Made by a program: the position numbers and the translations under genes | Assembly: GCF_001194135.2 (NCBI RefSeq) | Contig: NC_068997.1 | Coordinates: 43,337,840-43,372,347, forward strand | Source: Octopus bimaculoides | Lineage: Eukaryota | Direction of reading: 5' to 3' | DNA: 34,508 nucleotides | Shown: piece by piece, positions 33,678 through 34,508 of the stretch | Layout: each line of letters opens with the position of its first letter | Position numbering within the stretch: the first letter of the stretch is position 1 | The notes under the pieces: model-generated | The model's database searches: none | The model's input: the letters and a program-made list of their open reading frames with translations, nothing else | What the model was told of the DNA's origin: nothing

Positions 33678-34470
33678 CAGGGTGCGGTGAATGAATTGTC
33701 TAAATTACACAAAAATGAAAATAACACTGACATCTCATTTTAACAGATATATTTACCAAAATTACATAAAAATATCTTGAAATACTAATGAGTAAATTTA
33801 TTCAATGAAATCTCCATTGACTTCAACCACGGCCTCCAGACTTCTGAATCTCCTGGAAATCTTCTGGATGGTTTCCTTGTTTTAAGTTGGTGAATGCTGC
33901 CATAATCCTTGCCTTCAGTTCATCTTTGGTGTTACAAGGAATTTTGTTGGTCTCTTGCTCAACTGCGCCCCACATACAATAATCAAGGGGATTGCAGTCT
34001 GGGGAGTTAAGTGGCCAGATGTTAGAAGTGATGTGGTCGCAGAAATTGTCTGATAGCCATGACTGGGTTCTCCTGCTTGTGTGGCAGGGTGCAGAGTCCT
34101 GTTGCCTGACATAGGGTCTTCCAGCAACTACCATCTTGATCCAGGGCAGCACTACCTCCTCCAGGCACTTGACGTAGGCTTCTGTGTTGAGTCTGAAGCT
34201 GTGTGAGAAGATGAATGGAGGTATAACGTCACCATCACTAGTGATCACTCCAAACACCATGATATTGACTGGATATTTGATTTTTATCACTCTCAGAACT
34301 TGTTTTGCAGACATGGCAAGCCAACGTTTGTTATATGTGTTCACTACCTGTTCATACTGGAGCTTCTGGCGCAAATGCCAAGCAGTACAGCATGTCATTT
34401 CCAAATTTCTGGTAGAGTGAATTGCGTCATGGTGTTGTTTTTCTCACAGACATTGCCCAACTGACCCTAC
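33678..34470 (-). mobile_element. Tc1/mariner DD37D (maT-type) transposon remnant, internally deleted
   Basis: TA|CAGGGTG terminus at 33676-33684. ORF 33823-34404 has MVFGVI, QQDSAPCH and SPDCNPLDY, with 37 residues between the second and third Asp. N-terminal DNA-binding region and first Asp motif are absent. The other TIR near 34470 is only weakly similar. Confidence 0.85.
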
Positions 34471-34508
34471 TATACTGTGTAGTTGACAAAATCAAAAACA
34501 ATTGATGT

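Overview
AT-rich, repeat-dominated eukaryotic genomic DNA with three 10-N gaps (3981-3990, 26491-26500, 30503-30512). The SINE/LINE repertoire and microsatellite load point to an octopus (coleoid cephalopod) genome; this is an inference. No host protein-coding exon could be supported. Most of the window is transposon-derived: at least three tRNA-headed SINE families (my labels A, B, D), a further repeat family (F), many 3' ends of an RTE LINE (family C), CR1-like and RTE-X-like fragments, hAT- and piggyBac-type MITEs, and a DD37D (maT) Tc1/mariner remnant. The best observations are: (i) two diverged BovB-like RTE LINE copies that both end in three tandem C2H2 zinc fingers, in frame with the RT in the longer copy; (ii) a gap-free 65-bp-arm hairpin at 18191-18335; (iii) a CpG-retaining, promoter-like domain near 4.6-7.3 kb, where even an old SINE keeps its CpGs; (iv) head-to-tail SINE arrays; (v) a microhomology-flanked templated insertion. 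All repeat boundaries were set by eye and are approximate (about +/-10-20 nt) unless anchored by a TIR or TSD.
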